From Nitrospirota bacterium (GTDB lineage: Bacteria > Nitrospirota > Thermodesulfovibrionia > Thermodesulfovibrionales > Dissulfurispiraceae), in assembly GCA_040754455.1 (NCBI GenBank), contig JBFMCP010000038.1, positions 1-26,354 on the forward strand: DNA of 26,354 bases. The letters run 5' to 3'. Under the pieces are notes generated by a model. The model saw only the letters and a list, made by a program, of their open reading frames with translations. It was not told where the DNA came from and made no database searches. The position numbers and the translations under genes are program-made. The first letter of the stretch is position 1. Every line of letters starts with the position of its first letter. Positions 24,178 through 26,354 of the stretch are shown here, in pieces.

Positions 24178-26202
24178 TTGTCCAGGCACTACTCAAAAAC
24201 CGTTTGTCTTTTCTTCTGCATCGTTACTCTTTTATTATTGTCCGGATACACACTTCCTGTTGATGCCGCCGGGCAGCATCCTCTGCTGAAGCTCGTTCAG
24301 GAGACGCCGGAGGGAACTCCAGTACCGCCGACTGTTCCTGAACCCGAATCGGCTCCCCCACCTCCTCCGGCTCCTTCTCCCGTACCGCAGCCTGCTCCCC
24401 CGGTAACACCGCCGCCGTCTGCAACCGAGCAGAAGGCTGTTCCTCCACCTGAGGTACGGCCAACGCCGCCTCCTGCCGCCCCTGCGCCGGTACGCCCTGC
24501 TCCGAGGGCTGCTGCACCGGCAGGCTCGAGCTTCTTTTTCGATGATGCCGATATTTTCGAGGTCGCACAGACCGTTTTCGGCGAAATACTCAAGGTGAAC
24601 TACATAATAGATCCGCAGGTGAAGGGAAGGGTCAACTTCAGGACAACGACACCCATACCCCGCGACAAGATACTGCCGGTCATGGAGATTATCTTCAGGC
24701 TCAACGGTATCGCTGTTATCGAGGAGAGCGGCCTCTACCGCATCATCCCCATCGCCGGCATAGCAAAAGAGCCGGCTCCCATACGCTTCGGCAAGGACCC
24801 CGAGTCAGTAGAACTGAAGGGCACCGCACTAGTGCAGGTCGTGCCTATCGAATATATGAACTCCGCGGAAATGGCGAAGATCATTACCCCCCTCCTGACA
24901 CAGGGAGGCGCGGTCCTCGATGTCCCGAAAAAGAATTTCCTGATCCTTGCCGATACCGATGCCAATGTCAAAAGGCTTTTGCAGCTGATCAGCATGTTCG
25001 ACGAGAACGCAGCGCAGGACATTTCACAGCCAAAGATATATGTCTACCCGCTCCAGAACAGCAAAGCGGATCATGTATCACGAATCCTTCAGCAGGTGGT
25101 CCTCGGCACAGCAGGCGCAGCACCGGCACCGCGGACCCCCAGCACCCAGACACCGCCGGCAACAACGCCGCGGCCCCAACCAGCGCCGCCGACGCCACAA
25201 CCCGGTCAGGTGCCTTCAACCACCACCGGCGAGCCGCTCGTCTCTCCTGGAACAAAAATAATTCCTGATGAGGTCACCAATTCGATCGTCATTTTCGCCT
25301 CGCCGGGAGACTATGCGCTTATACAATCCGCGATAAAACTGCTCGATACGATGCCGCGGCAAGTGCTTATAGAGGGCATTATCGCGCGGGTGGATTTATC
25401 GGATAATTTGAGCTTTGGAATGCAGTGGAAAATAAATACCGATTTAACATTGGGAGATAGAGGCGGTCTCCATCCATTCACAAACAGATTTGATCTAGAT
25501 GGCACATTAGAGTTCAACGCACCAATTGACTCGCCAAATTTCACCTATACTGCAAGAGATTCACGAGGAAACATTAAATTATTGCTTCAGTCACTTGCCA
25601 CAGAAGGTAAGGCAAAGGTTCTGGCTGCTCCTCACATCCTCGTTTCAGATAACCGCGAGGCGAGAATACAGGTCGGTCAACAGGTTCCGATCCCGACCTC
25701 AAGTACCAATGTATCGGGTACAACAGATATCCAGACGACATTCCAATATAAAGATCTGGGAGTAATCCTTAAAGTGAAACCGCAGGTCAATGAAAGCGGG
25801 TTGGTAGCTTTGGAGATAACACAGGAGATTTCCTCCTCCTCGATTGAGACAGCCACTATCAGCACCGGAACTGCTCCTGTCCTCAATAAAACAGAGGCAA
25901 CAACCAATCTTGTCGCCCAGGACGGTCAGACGATTATCATCGGCGGACTCATCAGAGAGGATAGCACCAAAAACAAATCCGGTATTCCATTTCTCAATAA
26001 AATCCCGATACTCGGCTTTCTCTTCGGCAGCACCGAAAACACCACATCCAGAAATGAGCTAGTGATACTCCTCACGCCTCATGTTATCAGGAATCAGTTG
26101 GAGGCAAATGGCATCACCAATGAATTTATCAGCAGGCTCAAAACAATAGGCGAGGATTTAAAGAGCGTTCGTCCCTTGGAGAATAAAGCCTCTCAGAAGT
26201 AA
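24178..26202 (+). CDS. gspD: Type II secretion secretin GspD
   Basis: N0 (FDDADI...NYIIDPQVKGRV), NolW-like domains, LDTMPRQVLIE, secretin core (GVILKVKPQVN, GQTIIIGGLI, IPILGFLF, ELVILLTPHVI); Pro-rich linkers. Confidence 0.96.
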   Translation: MSRHYSKTVCLFFCIVTLLLLSGYTLPVDAAGQHPLLKLVQETPEGTPVPPTVPEPESAPPPPPAPSPVPQPAPPVTPPPSATEQKAVPPPEVRPTPPPAAPAPVRPAPRAAAPAGSSFFFDDADIFEVAQTVFGEILKVNYIIDPQVKGRVNFRTTTPIPRDKILPVMEIIFRLNGIAVIEESGLYRIIPIAGIAKEPAPIRFGKDPESVELKGTALVQVVPIEYMNSAEMAKIITPLLTQGGAVLDVPKKNFLILADTDANVKRLLQLISMFDENAAQDISQPKIYVYPLQNSKADHVSRILQQVVLGTAGAAPAPRTPSTQTPPATTPRPQPAPPTPQPGQVPSTTTGEPLVSPGTKIIPDEVTNSIVIFASPGDYALIQSAIKLLDTMPRQVLIEGIIARVDLSDNLSFGMQWKINTDLTLGDRGGLHPFTNRFDLDGTLEFNAPIDSPNFTYTARDSRGNIKLLLQSLATEGKAKVLAAPHILVSDNREARIQVGQQVPIPTSSTNVSGTTDIQTTFQYKDLGVILKVKPQVNESGLVALEITQEISSSSIETATISTGTAPVLNKTEATTNLVAQDGQTIIIGGLIREDSTKNKSGIPFLNKIPILGFLFGSTENTTSRNELVILLTPHVIRNQLEANGITNEFISRLKTIGEDLKSVRPLENKASQK

Positions 26203-26227
26203 TCGTCGAGTGTAATGTAATGATAGC

Positions 26228-26354
26228 CTAGAACTCATTTCAAAACCTTTTTCAAAGTGAGCATAGCACAAGCGATATGAAACAGACCGGCATAGGTAGT
26301 GATCAATCGCTCATGTCTCATGGTGAGTCTCCGAAAGTGGCCCAACCACGCTAT
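26228..26354 (-). mobile_element. Terminal part of an IS5-family insertion sequence (transposase C-terminus, stop at 26235-26237, element end at CTAG)
   Basis: Minus frame IAWLGHFRRLTMRHERLITTYAGLFHIACAMLTLKKVLK*, matching the IS5 DDE tail W-L-x-x-F-R-R-L-x-x-R-x-E-R; ends TTTTGAAATGAGTTCTAG. Confidence 0.8.

Overview
Bacterial window of about 55-60% GC with a deltaproteobacterial/Nitrospirota-like gene set (taxonomy inferred), apparently devoted to extracellular electron transfer. Left (minus strand, running off the window): one reading frame of >1160 codons that the ORF track misses. It encodes a secreted octaheme c-type cytochrome with OTR-like heme spacing, interrupted at codon 132 by an in-frame TGA followed 11 nt later by a SECIS-like hairpin, so it is a probable selenocysteine-containing multiheme cytochrome. 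Divergent from it is a monocistronic OmcE-like tetraheme cytochrome (nanowire-type subunit); each of the two genes has its own sigma54 promoter. Then follows an accessory cluster: NHL beta-propeller lipoprotein, pentaheme lipoprotein, large outer-membrane beta-barrel, SurA/PrsA-like chaperone, second NHL lipoprotein, and a 12-heme cytochrome with an OmcE-like N-terminal module. Converging on these are a sigma54 response regulator and a near-complete type II secretion system (gspC-like, M, L, K, J, I, H, F, E, G; divergent gspD). The window ends in the 3' end of an IS5-family transposase. Heptanucleotide-periodic hairpin repeats occur at several junctions, including inside two prepilin leader peptides.
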